Of a stretch of 64,000 nucleotides of DNA, positions 1-11,167 are shown one piece after another (within the stretch, counting starts at the first letter, position 1; every line of letters starts with the position of its first letter). The stretch is from Nitrospirota bacterium (lineage in GTDB: Bacteria; Nitrospirota; UBA9217): positions 416,001-480,000 of the forward strand of contig CAWBNQ010000001.1 in NCBI GenBank assembly GCA_963790205.1, in the 5' to 3' direction. Made by a program: the position numbers and the translations under genes. The notes beneath the pieces were generated by a model. That model ran no database searches. It was not told the origin of the DNA and saw nothing but the letters and a program-made list of their open reading frames with translations.

Positions 1-78
1 GTGGACAGCGTATTGCCGCTCAATAAAATGGCCGAAGAGATAGCGTTGCGCTGCCGTACAGCCAAAAACAGCGCCTGA
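1..78 (+). CDS. cheB: 3' end of a CheB-type methylesterase (partial)
   Basis: Frame 1 reads VDSVLPLNKMAEEIALRCRTAKNSA*, resembling the CheB C-terminus (compare [11 protein letters not shown] in the intact CheB at 9050-10123). Confidence 0.6.
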   Translation: MDSVLPLNKMAEEIALRCRTAKNSA

Positions 79-88
79 GAATTCGGCC

Positions 89-117
89 TTGATAATTTTT
101 TAATACTTGACTATAAT
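89..117 (+). promoter_or_regulatory. sigma70-type promoter
   Basis: TTGATA(89-94)-N17-TATAAT(112-117) upstream of the GAF gene. Confidence 0.6.
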
Positions 118-255
118 GGGACCAATTGTTTCGATAGCCGGCGGTCGCTTGTACCCTCAGCGGGCACACCCGCAGCAGGAGCCCGGACCGGGGGATCATC
201 TTTCTCCGGAGCGCCGTGAGCAGAAGCAACGGTTCAAAGCCGCATCGAGGAGGTC

Positions 256-1089
256 GTGATGGACAAGGAAACAGCGCCTATCTCCAAAAAAGTCGAAGAG
301 TTTCTCCAGGTCTTCAAAAAGGGCGAGGAGTTTACCCAGGAGCTTCTGAAAGAGAACGAGAAGCTCCGATACCGGGTGGCCCAGCTTGAGGAACTCACGA
401 AACTGTCCGGCAAGGAAGGCGACTTCAAGCTGCATTCCATGGAAGAACGAATCAGGCTCCTCGAGGACGAGAACAAGAACCTTCTTGATCGCTTCCATCT
501 GGTGGAAGAGGAGAACAAGGATTTTGCCAACCGCTATGTGGAAGTAGAGGCGGAGAACAACAACCTGGCGAACCTGTACGTTGCCAGCTATCAGCTCCAC
601 TCGACCCTGGACTTCAACGAATCACTCAAGATCATCCTCGAGATCGTCATGAACCTGATCGGGGCCGAGGAGTTCTCGATCATGATGCTCGATGAAAAGA
701 CCAACGAGCTTACGATCGTGGCCCAGGAGGGCATGGGACCCGAGGCCAGGGCCAGCGTAAAACTCGCCGAGGGCATCATCGGCAAAGCCGCCAAGGCGGG
801 TGAGGCGTATTACCGAGACGGCGACCCCACGGACCTGACGGGCATCGATTACCTCCACCCGATCGTCTGCATTCCCTTAAAGATCAAAGAGCACGTGATC
901 GGCGTGATTGCGATATACAAATTGCTGGTCCAGAAACAGGCGTTCACGAACGTCGACTACGAATTGTTCTCGATGCTGGCCGGCCATGCGGCCACGGCGC
1001 TCTTTTCATCGAAGCTCTATTCGCAGTCCGAACGAAAGCTTACCACGATCCAGAGCTTCCTTGATCTGTTGAAAGAAAAACAAAACTGA
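256..1089 (+). CDS. Coiled-coil + GAF domain protein of a chemosensory cluster
   Basis: N-terminal heptad coiled coil, then GAF-like region (GEGIIG-like, IVCIPLKIKEHVIGVIAIY); GGAGG RBS; flanked by cheB and a CheY-like gene. Confidence 0.8.
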   Translation: MMDKETAPISKKVEEFLQVFKKGEEFTQELLKENEKLRYRVAQLEELTKLSGKEGDFKLHSMEERIRLLEDENKNLLDRFHLVEEENKDFANRYVEVEAENNNLANLYVASYQLHSTLDFNESLKIILEIVMNLIGAEEFSIMMLDEKTNELTIVAQEGMGPEARASVKLAEGIIGKAAKAGEAYYRDGDPTDLTGIDYLHPIVCIPLKIKEHVIGVIAIYKLLVQKQAFTNVDYELFSMLAGHAATALFSSKLYSQSERKLTTIQSFLDLLKEKQN

Positions 1090-1222
1090 AGACATCGTTG
1101 ACTCGCAGATGGCCGAACGGTGGCGTCTCTCGGCGTAACGGTTTAAAATTTAAAAATAAAAACGTAGATCTGGTAAAAATCCCGTCCAAGGGATCCCCGG
1201 CACTGCTTTAGGATTTTGGTAA

Positions 1223-1252
1223 ATCCGTCTTTATCTGTGCTCATCCGTGGTT
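1223..1252. repeat. 10-bp tandem micro-repeat (ATCCGTCTTT ATCTGTGCTC ATCCGTGGTT)
   Basis: Three degenerate units in the spacer; resembles the right arm of the ACCACAGAG/CTCTGTGGT cassettes. Confidence 0.5.
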
Positions 1253-1285
1253 AAATGCTTTTTTGAGGATAAACGGAGGTTTGAA

Positions 1286-1666
1286 ATGCCCGAATACAAT
1301 TTTCTGGTGGTTGAAGATTCCCCGACGATGAGGCAGCTCATATCGTTCGCCCTGAAGCGGATTCCGGGGAGTAAGATTGTCGAAGCCAATGACGGTATCG
1401 ACGCCCTCAAGAAGCTCTCGACCCAGAAGTTTGACATTATCCTGACCGACATCAATATGCCTATCATGGACGGCCTGAAGCTCGTGTCCATGGTGAGGAA
1501 CGACCCGGCGCATAAAACCATACCGATCATCATTATTACGACCGAAGGGGCGGAAGAAGACCGGAAGCGCGGCCTCGCCCTCGGCGCGAACGCCTATGTA
1601 CCCAAGCCCATCCAGACGGCCGACCTCCTGAATATCGTTAATCAGATTTTGGGGAGCAAAAGCTAG
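1286..1666 (+). CDS. CheY-like single-domain response regulator
   Basis: VVEDS, TDINMP phosphoacceptor, ITTE, KP motif; GGAGGT RBS before ATG 1286. Confidence 0.9.
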   Translation: MPEYNFLVVEDSPTMRQLISFALKRIPGSKIVEANDGIDALKKLSTQKFDIILTDINMPIMDGLKLVSMVRNDPAHKTIPIIIITTEGAEEDRKRGLALGANAYVPKPIQTADLLNIVNQILGSKS

Positions 1667-1694
1667 CAGGCGTAGTATTGACCACAGGCAAGCG

Positions 1695-1730
1695 AAGGAC
1701 GAGAAACGAAACAGTTTCCCGTCCTTTTTT
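1695..1730 (+). terminator. Intrinsic terminator
   Basis: AAGGACGAGAAAC/GTTTCCCGTCCTT stem followed by a T-run. Confidence 0.65.
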
Positions 1731-1801
1731 ATGGCGCTTAAAACCCGGTGAGGGCGAAATGGATGAATCGCCCAGATTGAGTCTTAAAATACCTGATCGA
1801 C

Positions 1802-1832
1802 AGGGCGAGTTGAAACAGCTCGCCCTTTTTTT
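1802..1832 (+). terminator. Intrinsic terminator (second)
   Basis: AGGGCGAGTTG-AAA-CAGCTCGCCCT followed by T6. Confidence 0.7.
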
Positions 1833-1997
1833 CAAAACGAACCGCCATTGCCATGAAGTTAATAAGAGGAGCAAGTTTTGCACAGATACTCAGAGCGCCG
1901 GCAAGGTCGAGCAGGAACCCTCCCGTTGGCCCTCGATGCATTGAGATTAGTCCAAGAAGGAAAAGAGAGAGGTGGTTATCAAGGTATCGCTACGCGT

Positions 1998-3104
1998 TTA
2001 TGGTTTGGCTGAGGAGGCAGAACCCGGCGTCAGCCGTTCCCTGAGCTGGCCGCAGGCCGCTGAAATGTCCCTGCCGCGCGACTCCCGCACCAACGCGGTA
2101 TAGTGGTGGTCAGTCAGGATTTTCTTGAAGCGCTGCACCACGTTGTCATCGGGCCGTTTGAACTCGCTCCCCGGAAAGGGATTAAAGGGGATGAGGTTCA
2201 CCTTGCACTGTATGCCTCTCAGCAGCTTCGCAAGGCGAAGGGCGTCCGCCTCCGAATCATTTACCTCCCGCAGTATTACGTATTCAAACGTGATTTTTCT
2301 TCTGTCATCGAGGGGATAGCGCCTGCAGGCAGCGAGCAGTTCCTTTATGGGATAACGCCTGTTCACCGGCATGATCCTGTCCCTCACCTCATCCGTCGTC
2401 GCGTTCAGGGACACCGCAAGATTTACCTTCATTCCTGATCTTCCCAGCTTTTCAATTTCCGGCACAAGTCCATCGGTCGAAAGGGTAACTCTGCGGGGCG
2501 AAAACCCCGGTCCTTTATCCGCGGTAATGATGAGCAAAGCGTTAAGCACCTGGTCGAAGTTTGCGAGGGGCTCTCCCATGCCCATGAGCACGATGTTCGT
2601 GATGTGCCTGAATCGCCCGTAGGAGGACCCTTTGTCCGCCGCCGCGGCTGGTTCCGCTGCAAGCATTTTTTCCACTGCCAAAACCTGGTCCGCGATCTCG
2701 AATGCTTCGAGATTTCTCAGGAACCCCCCGCCTCCGGTGAGACAGAACCGGCACGCCTGGGCGCAGCCCACCTGCGATGAAATGCAGAGCGTGTTCCGGT
2801 CCTCGTCGGGAATCAGGACGCTCTCTATGGTATGTTCGTCTTCAAGCTCAAAAAGGAACTTCCTCGTACCGTCAACGGAACATTCGGTTTTAAGCGCTCG
2901 AAGATGCGAAATATAAAAGCGCTCAGCAAGCAGTAAGCGCTCGGCCTTCGCGATGTTCGTCATCTCGTCAAACGACTCCGCGTGATGACCGTATATCCAC
3001 TCGAACACCTGCAGGGCGCGATATTTTTTGAGACCCATGCCGACGATCTGTTCCTCAAGTTTGCCGGGTATCAATGTTTTTATGTTCTGTCGGATACTGT
3101 TCAT
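1998..3104 (-). CDS. rlmN: 23S rRNA (A2503)/tRNA C2-methyltransferase RlmN
   Basis: Radical SAM CISSQVGCAQACRFC, MGMGEP, C-terminal DISAACGQL. Confidence 0.95.
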   Translation of the reverse strand: MNSIRQNIKTLIPGKLEEQIVGMGLKKYRALQVFEWIYGHHAESFDEMTNIAKAERLLLAERFYISHLRALKTECSVDGTRKFLFELEDEHTIESVLIPDEDRNTLCISSQVGCAQACRFCLTGGGGFLRNLEAFEIADQVLAVEKMLAAEPAAAADKGSSYGRFRHITNIVLMGMGEPLANFDQVLNALLIITADKGPGFSPRRVTLSTDGLVPEIEKLGRSGMKVNLAVSLNATTDEVRDRIMPVNRRYPIKELLAACRRYPLDDRRKITFEYVILREVNDSEADALRLAKLLRGIQCKVNLIPFNPFPGSEFKRPDDNVVQRFKKILTDHHYTALVRESRGRDISAACGQLRERLTPGSASSAKP

Positions 3105-3157
3105 GGAGAAAAAACGTCCTTGAGCCTTCGGCTCACACAGGAGCATGATAATTTCAT

Positions 3158-3200
3158 CCTCACTTTAGTCCTCTCCCGCCGGGGAGATGGCAGGGGTGAG
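3158..3200. repeat. REP-like nested palindrome (CCTCAC..TCTCCC-GCCG-GGGAGA..GTGAG)
   Basis: Inner stem 3172-3177/3182-3187 plus outer CTCAC/GTGAG arms upstream of rlmN. Confidence 0.45.
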
Positions 3201-3392
3201 AGACATTTGCAGGTGAAAGCCTGCCTACAGGAGTGCATAACAGGTGCGTAACAGTATCACCTTTAATCAACAAAAGCAAGACCGCCAAAATTTGACATCC
3301 CGCAATATATAATCGTATGATTTCCGGACAGTTCCCTGCCGGCGCGTGAAACCATAAAAAATAACCTTTTGATTTATAAGTCTTAATAACCT

Positions 3393-3408
3393 GGGAATAA
3401 CTTTTGCA
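3393..3408 (+). promoter_or_regulatory. Possible sigma54 promoter for cheY
   Basis: GG(3394-95) and GC(3406-07) at 12-bp spacing, ending TTGCA. Confidence 0.4.
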
Positions 3409-3512
3409 CTCTACTAATCCTTAGGCTCAAGATTTTTTTAATTCCCTGCTTCAATACCAGAAAAATTATTTATTGATATGAACGATAAAGAAAAAAGAGG
3501 AGAGTGCGCCAT

Positions 3513-3878
3513 ATGATTAAAACGTTCCTTGTTGTGGACGATTCCGCCTCTATGCGTCAGCTGATAATGTTTGCCATGCAAGATGCCGGATACGATGTTC
3601 TGCCCGCGGAAAACGGCAAAGACGCCCTCGATAAGCTGAGCAGCACGAAGGTCGACATGGTGATAACCGACCTCAATATGCCCGACATGGATGGCATCGA
3701 ACTGATAACGCATCTCCGGGGCTTGCCTGCTTATAAGTTCGTCCCCATCATTATGCTGACCACGGAGGCGCAGGAAGAAAAAAAGAGGCAGGGTAAGGCG
3801 GCCGGAGCGAGCGGCTGGATCGTGAAGCCCTTTACGTCGGAACAGCTGCTCAATGTGGTTAGGAAGTTTCTTAAATGA
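3513..3878 (+). CDS. cheY: Chemotaxis response regulator CheY
   Basis: VVDDS, TDLNMP, MLTTE, GWIVKPF. Confidence 0.9.
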   Translation: MIKTFLVVDDSASMRQLIMFAMQDAGYDVLPAENGKDALDKLSSTKVDMVITDLNMPDMDGIELITHLRGLPAYKFVPIIMLTTEAQEEKKRQGKAAGASGWIVKPFTSEQLLNVVRKFLK

Positions 3879-4009
3879 TAAAAGCCCAATTGAACCAAAC
3901 ATGCCTATTATTGGCTGTCATTTTTCCGTCACTGTCGTGTTTTCAATCAGCAAAAAGCCTGGTTTATGCACAACATATTGATTTATAGATAATGGTATAT
4001 CGTAATTTA

Positions 4010-4025
4010 TGGTACGCAAGTTGCA
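4010..4025 (+). promoter_or_regulatory. sigma54 (-24/-12) promoter
   Basis: TGGTACG-CAAG-TTGCA matches TGGCACG-N4-TTGC(A/T); lies upstream of STAS-cheA. Confidence 0.65.
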
Positions 4026-4172
4026 AACTCTCTTACACATTAGCTGGCAAGATCTTCTTTAACGTATTGATACTTCTCGTCTCCTTCACAAAACAGTACG
4101 ACAGCGCGGGTAACCGCAAAAGAACAGGTATTTTCGAGCACGAGTTGTTCAATCTTTGTCTGAGAGGATATC

Positions 4173-4517
4173 ATGGATATTACCTTTCGTGATCAACAAT
4201 CAGGGAAACAAGCGAACATAACACTGGACGGAAATCTTACGGTGGGCCAGGCAGAAGGGCTGCGGACTCTTCTGATCAAGGCCCTCATCGACGCCGAAGA
4301 GGTACGGGTGGATTTCGGGACCGTTACTGACGTCGATCTATCCTGTCTCCAGCTGCTGTGCTCTGCCCACCGCTCCGCGAGCCGCATGAAAAGAAGCATT
4401 TCCTTATCCGGCGACTGGCCGGAACTGTTTAAACAGATCGTGGAAGAGGCAGGTTATTCACGCCTTGCCGGCTGCCGTCTGGATGTTGACCACAGCTGTC
4501 TTTGGGTAAGAGGATGA
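4173..4517 (+). CDS. STAS domain protein
   Basis: ITLDGNLTV...VDFGTVTDVDLSCLQLL; usual position before cheA. Confidence 0.85.
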   Translation: MDITFRDQQSGKQANITLDGNLTVGQAEGLRTLLIKALIDAEEVRVDFGTVTDVDLSCLQLLCSAHRSASRMKRSISLSGDWPELFKQIVEEAGYSRLAGCRLDVDHSCLWVRG

Positions 4518-4564
4518 GCGATACCCCCCGCACGGGGTCAACAACTTGAGAGGGGAAGGAACCT

Positions 4565-6730
4565 ATGGAAGATATTATCGGAAAACTCCGGGAAACTTTC
4601 AGGGAAGAAGCCTATGAGCTCCTTGCCGAGCTTGAGGCGGGACTGCTCGAACTTGAGCATAACCCCGGCGACATGGAGCAGGTCGGACGGGTGTTCCGTG
4701 CCATGCACACGATCAAGGGGTCGGGAGCGACCTGCGAATTCCACAATATAGCCGCCTTCACGCACGAACTCGAGACGACGTTTGATAAGGTCCGCAAGGG
4801 GAAAATAGCCGCCACGAAAGAGCTCATCGACCTGGCGCTCACGGCCCGCGACCATATTCAGTCCTTGTTCGATGCGTTCTATGAGGGGGGCGCGGCGGAT
4901 GAGTCGAAAGGCGCCGATATCACCGCAACCTTGAGGAAGCTGTTCCCCGATTCCGCGGGAAAAGGGGCTGTTGCTCCTGCCTCCCCTGCCGCGAAAGGCA
5001 ATCCAACCAGGGAGGAGCCCGCCAAATACGCGACCTACCGGATTCGCTTCCGTCCGGCGAAGCATATTTTCACCTCCGGCACGGACCCCGTGCTGCTGCT
5101 ACGGGAACTGCGCCGGCTCGGCACCTGCCGCGTGCTGGCCCAGACCGAGGCCATTCCGTATCTTGAAGACTATGACGCCGATGACTGTTATACCTTTTGG
5201 GACGTGATCCTGACGACGAACCGGGGCAGGAATGCGATCGAGGACATATTCATTTTTGCAAAAGAGGCGAGCGAGCTCATGATCGAGGTCATCGATGAAG
5301 AGGGCGGCCTGGATGACGAGGCCTCGTATAAGCGGCTTGGTGAAATCCTCCTCGATCGGGGCGACCTGACGCCGAAGGACCTCCAAAAGGCGCTGCAATC
5401 AAAAAAGAAGGTCGGCGAGATGCTCGTGGAGAACGGCATCGTGAGCTATGACAAAGTGGAGTCGGCCTTGGCAGAGCAGCTGCATGTCCGCGAGATGCGG
5501 GAGCGCCGTCAGGTCGCGGAACCCACATCGAGCATCCGGGTGGCCACTGACCGGCTGGACACGCTGGTAAACCTGGTCGGCGAACTGGTGACCGTGCAGG
5601 CACGGCTCAGCCAGACCGCGCTCGTGCGCGGCATTCCTGAGTTCCTCTCCATTGCCGAGGAAGTGGAGAGGCTGACCGTGTCGCTCAGGGACAATACCAT
5701 GAGCATCCGCATGCTGCCGATCGGCACCACCTTCAGCAAGTTCAAGCGGGCCGTGCGCGACCTTTCCGCCGAGCTGGGAAAAGAGATCGAGCTCACGACC
5801 GAAGGCGCGGAGACCGAGCTGGACAAGACCGTTATCGAGCGGTTGAGTGACCCGCTCGTGCACCTGATCCGGAACAGCATCGACCACGGTATCGAAACGC
5901 CGGAAGTGCGGGAGGCCGCAGGCAAGCCGCGGTGCGGCACTATTCACCTCTCCGCCGTCCATTCCGGAGCGCATGTTCTGATCCAGATCAAAGACGACGG
6001 CGCCGGCCTCGATACCGAGGCCATCCGAGCCAAGGCCGCTGAAAAGGGCCTGATGCCGCCTGACGCGACCCCCTCGGACAAAGAGCTCTTTACGCTCATC
6101 CTCATGCCGGATTTTTCCACCTCCAAAAACGTAACGAGCATGTCGGGTCGCGGCGTGGGCCTCGATGTCGTCAAGAAGGCCATTGATGCGCTGCGCGGGA
6201 GCATCGAGATCGCGAGCATCAGGGGCGCGGGCGCCACGATCACGCTCAAGCTGCCGCTCACCCTCGCCATCATCGACGGGTTCCTCACGAAGATCGACGC
6301 GGAACACTTTATCTTCCCGCTCGCCTCGGTCGAGGAGTGCATCGAGCTCAAGCGCGATGCCGGCAAATCCAGCAACAGGCATCTGGTCAATGTCCGGGGC
6401 CACATGGTGCCGTATATCAGCCTTCGCGAGCAGTTCATGATCAGCGGGGCCGCGCCCGCAATCGAGCAGATCGTCATCGTGGGAGAAGAAGGCCGCAGGG
6501 TCGGCTTTACCGTGGACACGGTGATCGGCGAACACCAGACGGTGCTCAAGTCCCTCGGCAGGTTCTATAAGCAGGTCGAGGGCATATCGGGCGCGACCAT
6601 CCTGGGCGACGGTACGGTGGCCCTGATCCTGGACCTCCCGAAACTGATCAGCACCGCCGAACAAGAGGAAAATATTATTGCCAGGAGCGGCGGCATGGCC
6701 TTTGAGCAGGCTGCGTCGGACGTGCCATAA
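4565..6730 (+). CDS. cheA: Chemotaxis histidine kinase CheA
   Basis: Hpt FRAMHTIKG, dimerisation LVGELV, HLIRNSIDHG, DDGAG, SGRGVGLDVV, C-terminal CheW domain. Confidence 0.97.
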   Translation: MEDIIGKLRETFREEAYELLAELEAGLLELEHNPGDMEQVGRVFRAMHTIKGSGATCEFHNIAAFTHELETTFDKVRKGKIAATKELIDLALTARDHIQSLFDAFYEGGAADESKGADITATLRKLFPDSAGKGAVAPASPAAKGNPTREEPAKYATYRIRFRPAKHIFTSGTDPVLLLRELRRLGTCRVLAQTEAIPYLEDYDADDCYTFWDVILTTNRGRNAIEDIFIFAKEASELMIEVIDEEGGLDDEASYKRLGEILLDRGDLTPKDLQKALQSKKKVGEMLVENGIVSYDKVESALAEQLHVREMRERRQVAEPTSSIRVATDRLDTLVNLVGELVTVQARLSQTALVRGIPEFLSIAEEVERLTVSLRDNTMSIRMLPIGTTFSKFKRAVRDLSAELGKEIELTTEGAETELDKTVIERLSDPLVHLIRNSIDHGIETPEVREAAGKPRCGTIHLSAVHSGAHVLIQIKDDGAGLDTEAIRAKAAEKGLMPPDATPSDKELFTLILMPDFSTSKNVTSMSGRGVGLDVVKKAIDALRGSIEIASIRGAGATITLKLPLTLAIIDGFLTKIDAEHFIFPLASVEECIELKRDAGKSSNRHLVNVRGHMVPYISLREQFMISGAAPAIEQIVIVGEEGRRVGFTVDTVIGEHQTVLKSLGRFYKQVEGISGATILGDGTVALILDLPKLISTAEQEENIIARSGGMAFEQAASDVP

Positions 6731-6775
6731 CAACGGCAAGCGATAACCGATTATCCTTTTACCAAGGAGGCTACG

Positions 6776-7285
6776 ATGAACGCCACAGGAATAATGGAAA
6801 CAACACAGTACCTGACGTTTAAACTCGAAGATGAGGTCTTCGCGCTCGACATCTCGAAAGTGCGCGAGGTGCTCAATTTCACGGCCATCACCAAGGTACC
6901 GAAGACGCCGGAGTTCATGCGCGGGGTGATCAACCTCCGGGGCAGCGTGGTCCCGGTGGTCGATCTCCGACTGAAATTCGGCATGAGCAGGACCGAGAAG
7001 ACGGTGAACACCTGCATCATCATCACCGAGGTGACCGTCGACAATGAGACCACGGTCCTCGGGGCGCTCGCCGATTCGGTGCAGGAGGTGATGGACCTCG
7101 GACCGGACCACATCGAGCCCGCGCCGAAGATCGGGACGCATCTCAACACGGAGTTCATCCGGGGCATGGGCAAGCGGGACAACACCTTCGTCATCATCCT
7201 CGACATCGACAAGGTGTTCTCGATCGACGAACTGGCCCTGGTGCAGGCAAAGCAGGCGGAAGCGCCTGCGGATGGCGCCCGGTAG
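6776..7285 (+). CDS. cheW: Chemotaxis coupling protein CheW
   Basis: QYLTF, VREVL, GVINLRGSVVPVVDL. Confidence 0.95.
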   Translation: MNATGIMETTQYLTFKLEDEVFALDISKVREVLNFTAITKVPKTPEFMRGVINLRGSVVPVVDLRLKFGMSRTEKTVNTCIIITEVTVDNETTVLGALADSVQEVMDLGPDHIEPAPKIGTHLNTEFIRGMGKRDNTFVIILDIDKVFSIDELALVQAKQAEAPADGAR

Positions 7286-7346
7286 TTCTTGCCGAAAGAG
7301 AGAGTGTGGTGACACGTCCCCGCGTAATAACCGTTTTGGAGGGCAG

Positions 7347-7585
7347 ATGTCAACAAGTAGGCAGGGAGCCATGTACTGTGTCTTCTTGACGGCCAACAAA
7401 ATACTTTCATGCAAGGCGTACAAAGGAGTATATGTACAGCGTCTTTTGAACTCGAAGAACATTGCACGAGCACCCGGCGCACGCTGTGTCAGGTGCATGC
7501 CGGTGCGGAGGCGGCAACAACGAAAGATTCGGTCAGGCATCCCACCGGATATGTTAAAATCGATAGGCCGCGGGTACGCGGCTGA
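7347..7585 (+). pseudogene. Small Cys-rich protein with one apparent 1-nt deletion (about 7437)
   Basis: GGAGG RBS; adding one C at 7437 gives MSTSRQGAMYCVFLTANKILSCKAYKGVYVPASFELEEHCTSTRRTLC...RG*. Confidence 0.35.
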
Positions 7586-7615
7586 AGGCATGCTGAACGG
7601 GACACCATCCAATTC

Positions 7616-8478
7616 ATGAAGAACGGTCAAATGTACAATGATGCCGTAAAAGCAATGTCCCCGAAAGAGTTCGACCGCCTGAGCGAGTTTATTATCGATC
7701 ATTGCGGGATCAAGATGCCTCCGGCAAAAAAGATCATGCTGGAATCGCGGCTTCAGAAAAGGCTCCGAAGTCTGGGGATGACATCGTTCAGAGAGTACTG
7801 CGAGTTCCTGTTCGACTCTCCGGAGGGAAACGGCGAACTCGTGCACATGATCGATGCCGTAACAACGAACAAAACCGATTTCTTCCGCGAGCCCGTTCAT
7901 TTTCAGTTTCTGACCGAAACCGCGCTGCCGGAATTCCTGACCGAGAGCGCGTTCGGCAACAGAAAAAAGTTCATCGTCTGGAGCGCGGGCTGCTCCTCGG
8001 GGGAAGAGCCGTATACGCTGGCGATGGTGCTGAACGAATATGCCTTGCCGCATCCCGATTTCCAGTATTCTATCCTGGCCACGGACATATCAACGAGGGT
8101 CCTCGAAAAAGCGCGCTCCGGCATCTACGACCAGCATCTGGTGGAGGGGATCCCTCAATCCTTCAAGGAGAAATACTTCCTGCGCAGCAAAGACCGGGAA
8201 AAGAAGCTGGTCAGGGTCGTGCCGGAGCTCCGGTCCCGCATTGCCTTTCAACGGGTGAACCTAATGGACGAGGACCTGATCGTCCCCGAAAAAGCGGACG
8301 CGATATTCTGCCGGAACGTGATCATTTATTTTGAACGGGCGACTCAGTACAAACTCTTGAGCCGGCTCTGCCGGTGCTTGAAAAGGGGCGGATACCTCTT
8401 CCTGGGGCACTCGGAGACCGTCCATGGTTTTGATCTTCCCCTGGTGCGCATCGCTTCCACGATTTACAGGAAGATGCC

Positions 8479-8482
<4 letters not shown>
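7616..8482 (+). CDS. cheR: Chemotaxis methyltransferase CheR
   Basis: TTNKTDFFRE, WSAGCSSGEEPYTLA, IFCRNVIIYF, GHSE. Confidence 0.95.
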
Positions 8483-10123
<1,641 letters not shown>

Positions 10124-10211
10124 TTTGCAACAAATGGGTTAATTATGAGTATTCCTATCGCGCATTACAATATCGCTGAAAATCCGGTCTTTTCTCGAGG
10201 AGGCAGAAGCA

Positions 10212-10637
10212 ATGTCATTATCTGTTAAAGCAGCGCCCGATTCGTACGTCAAAACCGAACCCAGGCGGATTCTTATTGTTGACGACGAGCCAACCATCCT
10301 GCTCACGCTGTCCTACGCGCTGCGATCGAGCGGCGTTGAGGTCATTACGGCAAGCAGGCTTGAGCCTGCCGAGGAAGCGCTGGCCCGTTATGCATTCGAT
10401 CTCGTGATCGTGGACATCAGAATGTCCGGAATTCTGGGCATAGAAGGATTGGAGCTCTTGAGCTATATCAAACGCTACTGGCCGAAGACCGAAGTGATCG
10501 TTATGACGGCGCACGGCTCAACCGAGATCAAGCAAGAGGCCTACGAGCGCGGCGCAAGCTACTACTATGAAAAACCCGTCGATATTCTGGAACTGGCGGA
10601 GCGGGTGCGCAGTATGGGAATTCCGGTCAAGGGATGA
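10212..10637 (+). CDS. Single-domain response regulator
   Basis: IVDDE, VDIRM, MTAHG, EKP. Confidence 0.85.
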   Translation: MSLSVKAAPDSYVKTEPRRILIVDDEPTILLTLSYALRSSGVEVITASRLEPAEEALARYAFDLVIVDIRMSGILGIEGLELLSYIKRYWPKTEVIVMTAHGSTEIKQEAYERGASYYYEKPVDILELAERVRSMGIPVKG

Positions 10638-10712
10638 AGGACACGGCAAAACGGACACGTTTTGGGAACAAACTTCACAGGCTTCATGCAACAGTCAACG
10701 AGAGGAGAGGCA

Positions 10713-11087
10713 ATGCTTAAGAAAGTGCTGGTTATAGACGATTCTGCGCTGATACACCAGATGTACAAGATGGTGCTGATGCGGTACCGGTGCGAGATCA
10801 TCGACGCGTTGAACGGTCAGGACGGACTGGATAAACTCGAGAAGCATCCTGATGTGAGTTTGATCCTCCTCGACATCAATATGCCGGTCATGAATGGGAT
10901 CGAGTTTATAAAGAAGGTAAAGGAGCTCGGGAAATACAACGACATACCGATTATCATGGTCAGTACCGAGGGCAAAGAAGAAGATACGATGCGGGGGCTG
11001 GCCCTCGGGGCAAAAGGATATGTAAAGAAGCCTTTTCAGCCAAGCGATCTGCACGCAATCATCGAGAAGATCTATCCATCGAAATAA
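10713..11087 (+). CDS. CheY-like response regulator
   Basis: IDDS, LDINMP, VSTE, KKPF; GGAGAGG RBS before ATG 10713. Confidence 0.88.
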   Translation: MLKKVLVIDDSALIHQMYKMVLMRYRCEIIDALNGQDGLDKLEKHPDVSLILLDINMPVMNGIEFIKKVKELGKYNDIPIIMVSTEGKEEDTMRGLALGAKGYVKKPFQPSDLHAIIEKIYPSK

Positions 11088-11167
11088 GCATCCATGGGGG
11101 AAATGCGGGTCGACTGACGTGTTTCTCGAACTTTTCAGGATGCGCTGACCAAGGAGGCCGCAGCGTC

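Noticed and set aside
5399..8053. 884-aa minus-strand ORF, and similar long antisense ORFs (25327-27909, 21909-23372, 33832-35097)
   Set aside because: Shadows of GC-rich, well-supported plus-strand genes; no recognisable motifs
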